Sequence record: MN850630.1 | DNA from: Escherichia phage naam | Strand: one strand, 5' to 3' | Length of the DNA stretch: 64,000 bases | Part shown: positions 19,084 to 27,296 of the stretch, in pieces | Numbering within the stretch: the first letter of the stretch is position 1 | Layout of the letters: each line of letters begins with the position of its first letter | Notes under the pieces: generated by a model | Seen by the model: the letters and a program-made list of their open reading frames with translations, nothing else | Databases searched by the model: none | What the model was told of the DNA's origin: nothing | Made by a program: the position numbers and the translations under genes

Positions 19084-20309
19084 TGAGCGTTATCCAACAA
19101 TTCGCTAACCCGATGAATCCGCGTGAAACTGTTTTACTGGCTCACGGCATGATTAAACGTGTCAGCATCAAGCCTATCAAAGGTGCTGATCCTACAACAG
19201 GTATTAAAACCACTGTGTGGCAAGGTAAGAAAATTGAATCCAGCCACACCATCTCTTTACTGATTTCTGAACTGGATTCCTCTGATAACCTGCTTCAAGG
19301 TGGTGAAGAAGTCTGGATCAGCATGGGTGATAAACTGCTTAAACCGGGTCATCAAGACTCTGTCTCTGTTAAGATTGATGACAAGTGGGAAACCGTAACG
19401 CCAGGATGGATCGTAAATATCCCTTTGAAGGCAAACGAGCATAACGGTAAGACCTATTACAAAGGCTCACTGGCTAAGATGGTTAAGCTGGGTGCAGGAG
19501 AGGCTCCAGCAGCGGCTCAGCAGCAAAAACAGCAACAAGGTGCACAATCACAAGGCCAGAAGCAGAAACCTCAGCAGAATGCCAATCAGGACGTTTTACG
19601 CATCTATGGTGATGTGACTCAGATTGTTGGCAACGTGGTTACTGTTAATGACCACAAGATTGGCGAAGGTGCTATGGTTGTCACTGATGAGCAGCTTAAA
19701 GACCTGGTGGTAGGTGGTCGTGTTGCAGCCATTGTTGACAAAGACACCGGAAACATTATCAGTGGTTTCAAGGCCTATCCTCCTAAGGCAGAGAACGGCA
19801 CTCAAGGCTCTGGTGGCAAGCGTAAATCCTCTTACGACCCTATCGGTGTGGAGACGGGACATAGCATCAATGCGTTGCAGATCATCCTGGATCGCGGGTT
19901 TAAGGTGGACGACCCACTAGGCGTGGCTAAAACACTGCACGTAGTCACCATTGAGCTTAAGAAAGAGTATGCTCAAGCCACCAACCGAACTGAAGATGAA
20001 GTAGGTGCCAGTGTCGGCAATGCGGTGTTGAACGCTTGTCGCCGTATTGACAAGAAAACGAAAGTTGATGATTTTGCAGCGGCAATTACTGCAGAAGCAA
20101 AAGATGTCTTGACTAATCTGGCTGAGCCGTTGTACGATTGGATCAAGAACGGTGCTGGGTCCACTGACCATCAAGAACCTCAAGCTGCCAAACAGGAAGC
20201 AGCTCCACAGCAAAACACTGTAGACGCTCCTCCTGTAAATGACGAGGAAGATGACCCGATGGATCAGAATCCAGCACAGTACGCCTTTGATGATGACATC
20301 CCATTCTAA
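19083..20309 (+). CDS. single-stranded DNA-binding protein-like, with host-SSB-type C-terminal tail
   Basis: Last six residues DDDIPF match the E. coli SSB tip; Gln-rich linker QQQKQQQGAQSQGQKQKPQQ; acidic C-terminus; 408 aa. Confidence 0.6.
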   Translation: MSVIQQFANPMNPRETVLLAHGMIKRVSIKPIKGADPTTGIKTTVWQGKKIESSHTISLLISELDSSDNLLQGGEEVWISMGDKLLKPGHQDSVSVKIDDKWETVTPGWIVNIPLKANEHNGKTYYKGSLAKMVKLGAGEAPAAAQQQKQQQGAQSQGQKQKPQQNANQDVLRIYGDVTQIVGNVVTVNDHKIGEGAMVVTDEQLKDLVVGGRVAAIVDKDTGNIISGFKAYPPKAENGTQGSGGKRKSSYDPIGVETGHSINALQIILDRGFKVDDPLGVAKTLHVVTIELKKEYAQATNRTEDEVGASVGNAVLNACRRIDKKTKVDDFAAAITAEAKDVLTNLAEPLYDWIKNGAGSTDHQEPQAAKQEAAPQQNTVDAPPVNDEEDDPMDQNPAQYAFDDDIPF

Positions 20310-20324
20310 CATCTAGTTAACATA

Positions 20325-20353
20325 GCCCTGCCCGAAAGGGTGGGGCATTTTTG
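20325..20353 (+). terminator. rho-independent terminator
   Basis: Same hairpin as at 10191 (gccctgccc gaaa gggtggggc) followed by ATTTTTG. Confidence 0.7.
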
Positions 20354-20371
20354 TATAAGGAGATCTGAAAA

Positions 20372-20788
20372 ATGACATTAGAAGATATCATTGTTAAACC
20401 TGAGAACTATGACCAATACAACCTGTCAACTCAATCTGTAGACCTTGGATGCGCCACGGTCAGTGCGTGGATGGTTAACGGAAAAGAGCTGGATAAATGC
20501 TTAGAAGCTCACATGTCTATTAACAAGTTTCTGGATGAAAATACTCACTGGCTTGAGGGTGCAGGTGTGTATGCTTCATGGTTGGAGAGTATGGGATTCG
20601 ACTACCAATCTGAAGAGGGGTGGTGGAGCTATTTAGCTATCTGCCCAGAGACGCTGCAATGCTTCATGAAATATTCTGAAGATTTGGAGTACCGGGCGGT
20701 GGTTGATAGTGCTATTGCCCGTTATAGCCGTAAACCTTTTTCCCACGACATTAAAACTGTGGAAGAATTTGTTGAAGTTTTCTGTTGA
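20372..20788 (+). CDS. hypothetical protein
   Basis: TAAGGAG RBS; 138 aa. Confidence 0.6.
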   Translation: MTLEDIIVKPENYDQYNLSTQSVDLGCATVSAWMVNGKELDKCLEAHMSINKFLDENTHWLEGAGVYASWLESMGFDYQSEEGWWSYLAICPETLQCFMKYSEDLEYRAVVDSAIARYSRKPFSHDIKTVEEFVEVFC

Positions 20789-20884
20789 CACAAGTTGAAA
20801 GGTGTGCAATTATAACTTCATAGAACGGGAGGACGTGATGAACGAAGAAAACTGGGATGTATAACTAACAGGAGGCCACTGCCC

Positions 20885-21082
20885 ATGATTTATCGAATCC
20901 GTGTAAGAGAAGATGCACCAGGCTGTTACTTTGACTGGCGTGGGTGGTGGTTTCTCCACCCGATGGATGGACTCACAGATAGAATGCTGGATGCTGCCCT
21001 TTATACAGATACCGATATAGAATATAATCTCTATCTGAAGGATGGTATAGATAACGGTCTATTTGAAGCAATTCCTGTGTAA
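20885..21082 (+). CDS. hypothetical protein
   Basis: CAGGAGG RBS; 65 aa. Confidence 0.5.
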   Translation: MIYRIRVREDAPGCYFDWRGWWFLHPMDGLTDRMLDAALYTDTDIEYNLYLKDGIDNGLFEAIPV

Positions 21083-21150
21083 GAAACTGTGATAGCCATG
21101 TTTTATGATCTTCCTGTAGCACCACCACCTGTTGAACCCGGAGAACTAAG

Positions 21151-21576
21151 ATGATCTATGAAATGCCAAAACTGATTCGTGACGATGCCCAAAACGCTCA
21201 CACCATTATTATGGGCAAACGAATGGATATTATTTGTCATAAAGATTTCTGGGAAGGAAGTTACTTCACAGAGTATTTTGGTAAACTGGACAATGGTCTG
21301 CTGATCCAGTTCTACACCGATGCGGAAAACAACATTCACTGGGAGTTCGAAACTGAAGATATCCATAAACTTTTCACCTTCCTCGATATTAAGGTTGAGG
21401 CCAAGTTTGAAGAAGGTGAGTGCGACGATTGTGGATTCTATGAGGTAACAGATTTCTATCTCCCGAGTGGTGAGAACCTTTACTATGAAAGCCACTTCGG
21501 TAACTCCAATATGCCACAGTGCTGGACTGAGTTTTTTGAAATTGCGGAAGAGGAGCTGGCATACCGTGATTATTGA
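21151..21576 (+). CDS. hypothetical protein
   Basis: GGAG RBS; 141 aa. Confidence 0.55.
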   Translation: MIYEMPKLIRDDAQNAHTIIMGKRMDIICHKDFWEGSYFTEYFGKLDNGLLIQFYTDAENNIHWEFETEDIHKLFTFLDIKVEAKFEEGECDDCGFYEVTDFYLPSGENLYYESHFGNSNMPQCWTEFFEIAEEELAYRDY

Positions 21577-22024
21577 TACTGTAGAGGGAGATCTAATCTC
21601 CATTTTCAAGAAAGGGTCAGGCCACATGATCCACGGTTGTAACTGCTTTCACACAATGGGTGCAGGTATAGCGAAAGATATTGCCCGTGAGTTCCCTCAA
21701 GCACTGGCAGCCGACAAAGAGACTGCTTATGGTAATCTAGACAAGTTGGGTATGTTTTCTTGTTGGGAGCATTTTGCCAAGAACAGGGTCGTATATGGAA
21801 TCAACCTGTATACCCAGTTCTACCCAGGGCCCAATGCTGAATACTTCTCAATCATGAAAGGTTTTGAGCGAGTCAACGAGGTATTCAAAGGTGTGTCATT
21901 GCCGTTCTACATTCCTAAAATCGGATGCGGTATTGGCGGTCTAAAGTGGGAACATGTAGAAGATGTAATTAATCTTGCAACCACAGATATTGATGTGGTT
22001 GTGGTAGAGTACAAAAAGTGTTGA
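21566..22024 (+). CDS. macrodomain protein (TARG1/DarG-type ADP-ribose-binding or hydrolase fold)
   Basis: GDLISIF then HGCNCFHTMGAGIAKDIAREFP, the H.C...MGAGIA pattern. Track ORF 21467..22024; a GTG at 21566 after AGGAG overlaps the upstream gene by 11 nt. Confidence 0.6.
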   Translation: MIIDTVEGDLISIFKKGSGHMIHGCNCFHTMGAGIAKDIAREFPQALAADKETAYGNLDKLGMFSCWEHFAKNRVVYGINLYTQFYPGPNAEYFSIMKGFERVNEVFKGVSLPFYIPKIGCGIGGLKWEHVEDVINLATTDIDVVVVEYKKC

Positions 22025-22078
22025 CGACCATCTTCTGAGGTGATATAGTTCCCACAACAGCTAAGAGAGGAGAGCACT

Positions 22079-22249
22079 GTGGAGACTAAAATCTTAATTC
22101 TTGCTGTGGTAGATACAACCGAAGGAGCTATATTCGAATCTGCAGGAGGGTATTTCTACCTACCATACGGAAAAAGAACTTCCGAGCCAAGTAAAGATTC
22201 AATCCTCAAAGTGTTCCCGTGTGCTTTCTGGCTGGAGATTTTGGTATAA
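22079..22249 (+). CDS. hypothetical small protein (56 aa; not in ORF track)
   Basis: GTG start 6 nt after AGGAG; hydrophobic N-terminus ILILAVV; hand-translated with no internal stop. Confidence 0.4.
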   Translation: METKILILAVVDTTEGAIFESAGGYFYLPYGKRTSEPSKDSILKVFPCAFWLEILV

Positions 22250-22275
22250 GATTGCAGAGGATTTGGGAGAGAATT

Positions 22276-22470
22276 ATGAGAAACAAGAAAGAGCTTTACT
22301 CTGGTGAGTGGATCAACGATCAACAGGTGGGAGAGGTAACCTGCTTCAGATGTTTTACCAGGTACAATCTTAAAACTGCACCAAAAAGTGTTCCAAAGAC
22401 TGATGGTTATTACATAAAAGAACCTCATTGCCCAAAATGTAAATGCCGATTGTGCTGGAGCAATCTGTAA
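22276..22470 (+). CDS. small zinc-ribbon-like protein
   Basis: ATG after GGGAGAG; Cys pairs CFRC and CPKCKC; track ORF 22219..22470. Confidence 0.5.
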   Translation: MRNKKELYSGEWINDQQVGEVTCFRCFTRYNLKTAPKSVPKTDGYYIKEPHCPKCKCRLCWSNL

Positions 22471-22474
22471 GAGG

Positions 22475-22502
22475 TTGACATCTGAAAACTGCAGTGTATA
22501 AT
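22475..22502 (+). promoter_or_regulatory. sigma70-like promoter (consensus)
   Basis: TTGACA, 16-bp spacer, TATAAT. Confidence 0.6.
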
Positions 22503-22533
22503 ATACGCATAAACTAACAGAGAGCGATGCATT

Positions 22534-22725
22534 ATGGTAATTTTTAACCGGGATGGTATCATAGTTAGACAGCACCCGTTCCTTGAATACTATCAAATTG
22601 AGCAATGGTGCTACGGGGATTGCAGTCACTCCTATGGGCAAAGTTGGGGATATCGTACAGTTTTTGAATCAACAGATCTTGACAAAGTAAGACAGAAAGT
22701 TTTAGAACTTATTAACAACAAGTGA
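22534..22725 (+). CDS. hypothetical protein
   Basis: Downstream of the consensus promoter; 63 aa. Confidence 0.5.
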   Translation: MVIFNRDGIIVRQHPFLEYYQIEQWCYGDCSHSYGQSWGYRTVFESTDLDKVRQKVLELINNK

Positions 22726-22732
22726 GTATGAT

Positions 22733-23068
22733 ATGGTAACATTAGAAAGACGTAAAGCTATCGCCGCCACACTGGCAGACATCTTTTGGGAGTGCAATTT
22801 AAAAGATACCCGATATTGTGGCGCATCTGTAGATGCATTATTCCCACGGCCCACTATTGTTGCAATGGGAAACCTGTCAAACGTGGTGTATGGAGCATGG
22901 GACAAAGAAGGTGGATTTTATATCTGGCAACCTGACTACGGGACCTGGAAAGAGGTAAGGGGTGCGGATGACTTTGGGCCTGCAGTTGCCAAAACGATGG
23001 ATGGCTGGCAAATTTATGTTGGAAATGACATGAAGCTGAAAGGCGAGATTGTTTACTGGTTACCTTAA
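22733..23068 (+). CDS. hypothetical protein
   Basis: 111 aa. Confidence 0.55.
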   Translation: MVTLERRKAIAATLADIFWECNLKDTRYCGASVDALFPRPTIVAMGNLSNVVYGAWDKEGGFYIWQPDYGTWKEVRGADDFGPAVAKTMDGWQIYVGNDMKLKGEIVYWLP

Positions 23069-23088
23069 GAAAGTGCAGGAGATAAAGT

Positions 23089-23334
23089 ATGAACAAAGGG
23101 TGGACATTTGTAGACGGCGTTGAAAACATGCCTCTAGGAAAGTATATTGTAGCCATGGCAGATGAGAATGGCAAGGTTGATTTCGGAGCTTGCGAGATTG
23201 TTCTTGCAGGATCTGGTGACCATGTGCACAAAACTGGGATAATTAACGGTCATTTCTACTTTGATTACAACCCTGTTGTGGCGTATATGGCTATGCCAGA
23301 GTTAGAGCTCCCAAAGGAGGGTGCAGATGTTTAA
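23089..23334 (+). CDS. hypothetical protein
   Basis: CAGGAG RBS; 81 aa. Confidence 0.55.
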   Translation: MNKGWTFVDGVENMPLGKYIVAMADENGKVDFGACEIVLAGSGDHVHKTGIINGHFYFDYNPVVAYMAMPELELPKEGADV

Positions 23335-23524
23335 GCTTAAATCTGCATGGAACATCGCTGTGGGGGACGAGATCCGCATCCCAGGTGGAAAGACCATTAT
23401 GAAGATATCACGTATCGAGTATGAAGGTGATCGTGTATTTCATATCTTTGCAGAAGATGGTCGAGAAATTTATATACAGGCAGGCTCTCATATCTATATC
23501 CATAAGAAAGGGGACGACAAATGA
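23321..23524 (+). CDS. hypothetical protein
   Basis: AAGGAGG RBS; overlaps the previous gene; 67 aa. Confidence 0.5.
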   Translation: MQMFKLKSAWNIAVGDEIRIPGGKTIMKISRIEYEGDRVFHIFAEDGREIYIQAGSHIYIHKKGDDK

Positions 23525-23853
23525 CAGAGATCATCGTTTCAACTGCAGGGTATGTATTCCTGACAATCATTGCGTTGGCTATTCTGGTGGCGGTGTATGG
23601 ATTTGTTATCCTGCCTATTCTTGAGACATTTAGCTTGTGTCGGTGTTGGAGAAAAGCTTACGGACCACAACCGTGGAAAGACTGGTTTCATTTGGTGCGT
23701 ATAGCGTTCTCTTATGCCTATGATCACTCCAGCAGTGCATGCGTAACCGGGTACCATGCCTACAACTGGAACTGGGAAGGGCTGGGGAGATGGACTGTTA
23801 CAAAAACTATACCCTTACGGTTGTATAAAGGAAAGAACACACTGGGAGCCTGA
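23521..23853 (+). CDS. hypothetical membrane protein
   Basis: Hydrophobic helix VFLTIIALAILVAVYGFVILPIL; ATGA coupling; 110 aa. Confidence 0.55.
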   Translation: MTEIIVSTAGYVFLTIIALAILVAVYGFVILPILETFSLCRCWRKAYGPQPWKDWFHLVRIAFSYAYDHSSSACVTGYHAYNWNWEGLGRWTVTKTIPLRLYKGKNTLGA

Positions 23854-23897
23854 TATTTTAAGTTATCAGGTTGCCAGAGATCAGGAGGATTTCTAAA

Positions 23898-24110
23898 ATG
23901 GATTTCCTCCTTTTGATATTTTACCTACCAGGATATTTTAAAATCCTTAGAAAATCAGAAAATGGATCGAAAACTAAAATGGATTTTTCAGAGCAGGCAC
24001 GACGAGATGAACCACTCATCCTATCGTCTGCACCATATTCCAGACCACCATTACAGATTTCCCGCACATGCTCACACCCTTCTACTAGAACTTCCCCCAC
24101 TTACCCTTGA
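23898..24110 (+). CDS. hypothetical protein (doubtful)
   Basis: ATG after AGGAGG, but the ORF sits in a repeat-rich region and the RBS doubles as a hairpin arm. Confidence 0.25.
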   Translation: MDFLLLIFYLPGYFKILRKSENGSKTKMDFSEQARRDEPLILSSAPYSRPPLQISRTCSHPSTRTSPTYP

Positions 24111-24457
24111 CCTTTTATAGTAATAATCCAACCACTACCTTGAAGTTGTGGCGCAGCTTTCCAAGTACTCGATCTGTTTTTCGTTTCAAAGATTGAATTT
24201 TCTGAAAATTTTTCTCGATAAATTTCTCAGTACTCGATCTGTTTTTCGTTTTCTGAATCGGATTTTCTGGAAATCGTTCCGGCTCTCGACCTGAAATTTT
24301 TGGGGACGAAATCGATTTTTCGTTTTCAGAAATGGATTTTTAAAATTTCTATATGGGAATATTTTAGTGGATACTATTTTATAGGAAATTGTTACGGAGG
24401 GTAATTAGCGTGCTAATTAAATTTATTAAATGCGAGGAGTTCTCATTTAGAATTTTG

Positions 24458-24470
24458 AATGATAATCATT
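24458..24470. promoter_or_regulatory. Fur-box-like palindrome AATGATAATCATT
   Basis: Perfect 13-bp palindrome matching the core of the Fur consensus GATAATGATAATCATTATC (15 of 19 with flanks); a second GATAATGATAAC copy lies at 24588..24602. Confidence 0.3.
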
Positions 24471-24487
24471 CTCGTTTGCAGAATAAC

Positions 24488-24529
24488 GGGCAGGCCCGGT
24501 GATTGTCTCCCGGCCCCTGTTGCCCCGGC
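24488..24529 (+). repeat. GC-rich conserved element (core GGTGATTGTCTCCC)
   Basis: Related copy at 24621..24670 (GGTGGTTGTCTCCCCC) and an inverted copy at 33922..33947 (GGGGGAGACAATCACCAGGCCTGCC). Confidence 0.5.
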
Positions 24530-24866
24530 TTGTTATTATAGTATCACACAGGACAAAGAAGGCAAGGATTTTTTGCATAAATTTTTAAATGATAATGATA
24601 ACCGTTCTCATTTTATGCAGCGCCCATCCCCGGTGGTTGTCTCCCCCGTCACCGGTGCCTGCCGTCCTTTCGATAGGTATATTGTGCCACCTGGCGGGGC
24701 CGCTGTCAACACCTTTTCAAAAAATTTTTCTAACCTGATGCGCTAACCGTTGCAACCTGGCGGGGCCAGCCTGGCAGGACCTAACTGACCAGGTGGGAGA
24801 GGGTGAAATCTTGCAAACCTGGTAGGCCCATGCTGTAGGGTAAACAATTGAAGAGGAGGTACAAAA

Positions 24867-25109
24867 ATGAAAGGTAATGCTACTCACCTGGGAAATGTAG
24901 CGATTAATGACGCTGAGGCTATCACCCTGGTTGAAAAGGCTATGGCGGGAGCGTTGGAACATAAAGAAGAGTACGAAAAAATGATGGTTAACCTGGCAGG
25001 GGCGGCGGCTGGAGAATTCTGCCCAAAAAATAATTCTAACCAATGGTTGACAGCTCGGATAGTTCTGTTATTCTTATCCTCGCAAGGTGAACAACACCAC
25101 ACTAATTAA
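24867..25109 (+). CDS. hypothetical protein
   Basis: GAGGAGG RBS; 80 aa. Confidence 0.6.
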   Translation: MKGNATHLGNVAINDAEAITLVEKAMAGALEHKEEYEKMMVNLAGAAAGEFCPKNNSNQWLTARIVLLFLSSQGEQHHTN

Positions 25110-25126
25110 CAGAGAGGATAAAAATC

Positions 25127-25324
25127 ATGAACGCCTACGGAATTAAAGTACGTCGCAACACTCGCCAGGCCGTCACCGATCAAATGGTTTGCCAGGTGGA
25201 CGTAACCATCAACAACGGGCAAGGCCTTTATAAATTCCGTCGCGGTCAGAGCTATACCCGGCAACAGCTTAATCGTTGCGCCCTGACAAAAGGCCAGATC
25301 AACCACTGGTTTAATAAAAAATAA
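25127..25324 (+). CDS. hypothetical protein
   Basis: AGAGGA RBS; 65 aa; basic. Confidence 0.55.
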   Translation: MNAYGIKVRRNTRQAVTDQMVCQVDVTINNGQGLYKFRRGQSYTRQQLNRCALTKGQINHWFNKK

Positions 25325-25327
25325 GTA

Positions 25328-25356
25328 TTGACATATAGTCCGACACCAAATACACT
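25328..25356 (+). promoter_or_regulatory. sigma70-like promoter
   Basis: TTGACA, 17-bp spacer, TACACT. Confidence 0.5.
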
Positions 25357-25388
25357 AAAAGCACAAAAGACACTAAGAGGATAAAATC

Positions 25389-25787
25389 ATGAAAACCACT
25401 ACCTTTAATTTTGATAATGCGGACTTTTCTTTTTCTGATGTCAAGAACTGCCGCCGTGATCGTGGATTCTACAAGGCTTATAATCTGGTTGGCCTGGACG
25501 ATGACAATAATTTGCACGAAGTAGCTGAGATCCGGTATTATGCCGCCGCCAGCGGGAACACTCACTACTGCGTGTTTTGGATTCACGACAACAAGAACAA
25601 TAAGTACGGTTATACTGGCGGCAAGGCGAGCGGTCACGGTTACGATAAAGCTAACGCAGCACTTGAGAGCGCATTAAATGCTATGGGGATCACTGCCGAC
25701 GGCTGGATCTACGAAGAAGAGTTTTTGTCGGCACTTGCTGACCACCTGGGCTATAAAAAACACATTGTAACATGCGCCCACGAATAA
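25389..25787 (+). CDS. hypothetical protein
   Basis: AAGAGGA RBS; 132 aa. Confidence 0.6.
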   Translation: MKTTTFNFDNADFSFSDVKNCRRDRGFYKAYNLVGLDDDNNLHEVAEIRYYAAASGNTHYCVFWIHDNKNNKYGYTGGKASGHGYDKANAALESALNAMGITADGWIYEEEFLSALADHLGYKKHIVTCAHE

Positions 25788-25793
25788 AAATCA

Positions 25794-25821
25794 TTGACAC
25801 GCTGCAAAATTTAAGTAAACT
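25794..25821 (+). promoter_or_regulatory. sigma70-like promoter with 5' leader hairpin
   Basis: TTGACA, 16-bp spacer, TAAACT; leader stem-loop GGCGGGAATGTTTCCCGCC before the RBS. Confidence 0.5.
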
Positions 25822-25869
25822 AGACACAAAAGGCGGGAATGTTTCCCGCCAGCACAAAGGAAAAAGATC

Positions 25870-26265
25870 ATGAATAAGAACGTACGCCGCATCATGAACG
25901 AACTGGCAAACGATGAAAAAATTATTGATATGCATTTGGTCAACATTTGCCGCCGTTGTGTAACATATAACAACCGCGCCGCAAAAGCGCGTGAGATGAA
26001 CGCAAAAGGCACCTTAAAGCCCTTTCAGGTGGTTGTAAAATCTATAACTAGCGCAGCAGGCCAGGCGCAGGACCACAACAACGAGAGCGCTAATATTGAT
26101 CCGTCTTACGTAATGAAACGGATCCGGACTTGCAAGAATAAAGAGCAGGTATATAACGTCATAGATTGGCTGGACTCCCTGGGCGATGTGGTTTACAATA
26201 GGTTTTCTGCAGCTATCGAGATCCAGCTTGACAGATTGGACGGGAAAGTACTAAAAACTTATTGA
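25870..26265 (+). CDS. hypothetical protein
   Basis: AAGGAAAAAG RBS; 131 aa. Confidence 0.6.
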   Translation: MNKNVRRIMNELANDEKIIDMHLVNICRRCVTYNNRAAKAREMNAKGTLKPFQVVVKSITSAAGQAQDHNNESANIDPSYVMKRIRTCKNKEQVYNVIDWLDSLGDVVYNRFSAAIEIQLDRLDGKVLKTY

Positions 26266-26267
26266 GT

Positions 26268-26311
26268 TTATTTTTAGATGGCCTTGACACCAGGGCCATC
26301 AATAAAGTAAA
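26268..26311 (+). promoter_or_regulatory. conserved 44-bp promoter cassette, copy 1
   Basis: TTATTTTTAGATGGCCTTGACACCAGGGCCATCAATAAAGTAAA; inverted repeat GATGGCC/GGCCATC flanks the -35 TTGACA; near-identical copies at 26889 and 30628. Confidence 0.55.
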
Positions 26312-26345
26312 CTAACCACAGTTGAGCGGAAAAGGAGGCTTAAAG

Positions 26346-26465
26346 ATGAGCACTACACGCCAGCACACAAAGGTAACCATCATCGTTTGCATCATTGGGT
26401 ACATCCTGGCGCAAATGTTGATGGGTAGCGCCAACGGTGTCGCAAAATTTTTCTTAAACTTTTAA
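26346..26465 (+). CDS. small hydrophobic peptide (39 aa; not in ORF track)
   Basis: ATG 7 nt after AGGAGG; MSTTRQHTKVTIIVCIIGYILAQMLMGSANGVAKFFLNF. Confidence 0.5.
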   Translation: MSTTRQHTKVTIIVCIIGYILAQMLMGSANGVAKFFLNF

Positions 26466-26493
26466 TTGACAAGCTAACTTAAATCGATATAAT
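26466..26493 (+). promoter_or_regulatory. sigma70-like promoter (consensus)
   Basis: TTGACA, 16-bp spacer, TATAAT. Confidence 0.6.
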
Positions 26494-26544
26494 AAGCACA
26501 TAAACGGGAAAACTTCCCAGAACACACAAAAGGAGAAAAACACC

Positions 26545-26886
26545 ATGACTACTATGACCGCCTCAGAAAAAGCTATGCAGATCGCTGAACTGAAAAAACA
26601 GATCGCAGACCTTGAGAATAAGATCGATAACTTTGAAATCGACGAGGACAAGTACGACGAAAACTATGATGAATGGTTAGACGAGATCTACGGCGAAATT
26701 ATGATCGGAAACATTTCTTTTCTTCCGTCGCGTATCCTCAAGGAGCTAGATCCTATCGCTTACCGCTGCGGATTTAGCGACTACATCGACAGCCTGGATA
26801 TTGAGGACGATGAAGAATACCAGGAATTACAGACAGAGTTAGAAGAAGCAAAAGAAGAGCTTGCGGAGCTGGAAGAAAACGAGTAA
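26545..26886 (+). CDS. highly acidic coiled-coil protein
   Basis: AAGGAGAAAAA RBS; 113 aa, strongly D/E-rich. Confidence 0.6.
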   Translation: MTTMTASEKAMQIAELKKQIADLENKIDNFEIDEDKYDENYDEWLDEIYGEIMIGNISFLPSRILKELDPIAYRCGFSDYIDSLDIEDDEEYQELQTELEEAKEELAELEENE

Positions 26887-26888
26887 GC

Positions 26889-26932
26889 TTATTTTTAGAT
26901 GGCCTTGACACCAGGGCCATCAATAAAGTAAA
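26889..26932 (+). promoter_or_regulatory. conserved 44-bp promoter cassette, copy 2
   Basis: Identical to copy 1 across the palindrome and -35. Confidence 0.55.
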
Positions 26933-26975
26933 CTTTATACTGTTAACACTGAACTAATGCATAGGAGTTAAAACC

Positions 26976-27221
26976 ATGGCAGCACTAATCACCAAATATT
27001 ATGCCCCTACCAACACCAAAAGCGCCCGTATCATGGTAAAAGGCTTCGGACGTAAAAAGGTGTACACCTGGGATTATGCCTTAGACACGGAAGACAACTA
27101 CACCAACGCGATGACCGATTTTATTAATGATCTGAACACGCGGATCTTGACAAATTATAAAATTACCGATATTGCCTATATAGGGGAAGGCGGGATCTGT
27201 TTTGTCGGTATCGTCAAATAA
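26976..27221 (+). CDS. hypothetical protein
   Basis: TAGGAG RBS; 81 aa. Confidence 0.6.
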   Translation: MAALITKYYAPTNTKSARIMVKGFGRKKVYTWDYALDTEDNYTNAMTDFINDLNTRILTNYKITDIAYIGEGGICFVGIVK

Positions 27222-27296
27222 GCTGTTTTTTCGGTGGTCCTGGTAGCAGGGCCATCTATAAAGATAGTTTATCAATACAATGAAAGGAGAAAGTAC

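Larger units (their letters stand above)
23860..24860. repeat. ORF-poor repeat region (direct repeats, AT-rich palindromes, GC-rich elements)
   Basis: Exact 23-nt direct repeat AGTACTCGATCTGTTTTTCGTTT at 24164 and 24229; recurring AAATGGAT and GATTTTCTG motifs; two 110-nt tandem units at about 24450-24680. Confidence 0.6.

Noticed and set aside
22156-22641. 161-aa minus-strand ORF in the plus-strand block
   Set aside because: It is opposite three plus-strand genes that have promoters and RBS; no RBS of its own.
24459-24746. Track ORF of 95 aa across the paired GC-rich and Fur-box-like units
   Set aside because: No RBS; Pro/Cys/Gly-rich translation produced by GC-rich repeats; the same peptide (TGRPGDCLP) appears in an antisense ORF at 33740..34000, so it is a repeat artefact.
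23860-24860. CRISPR array suggested by the short direct repeats
   Set aside because: Repeats are only 2 to 4 copies, of unequal length, irregularly spaced and AT-rich; there are no regular repeat-spacer units.
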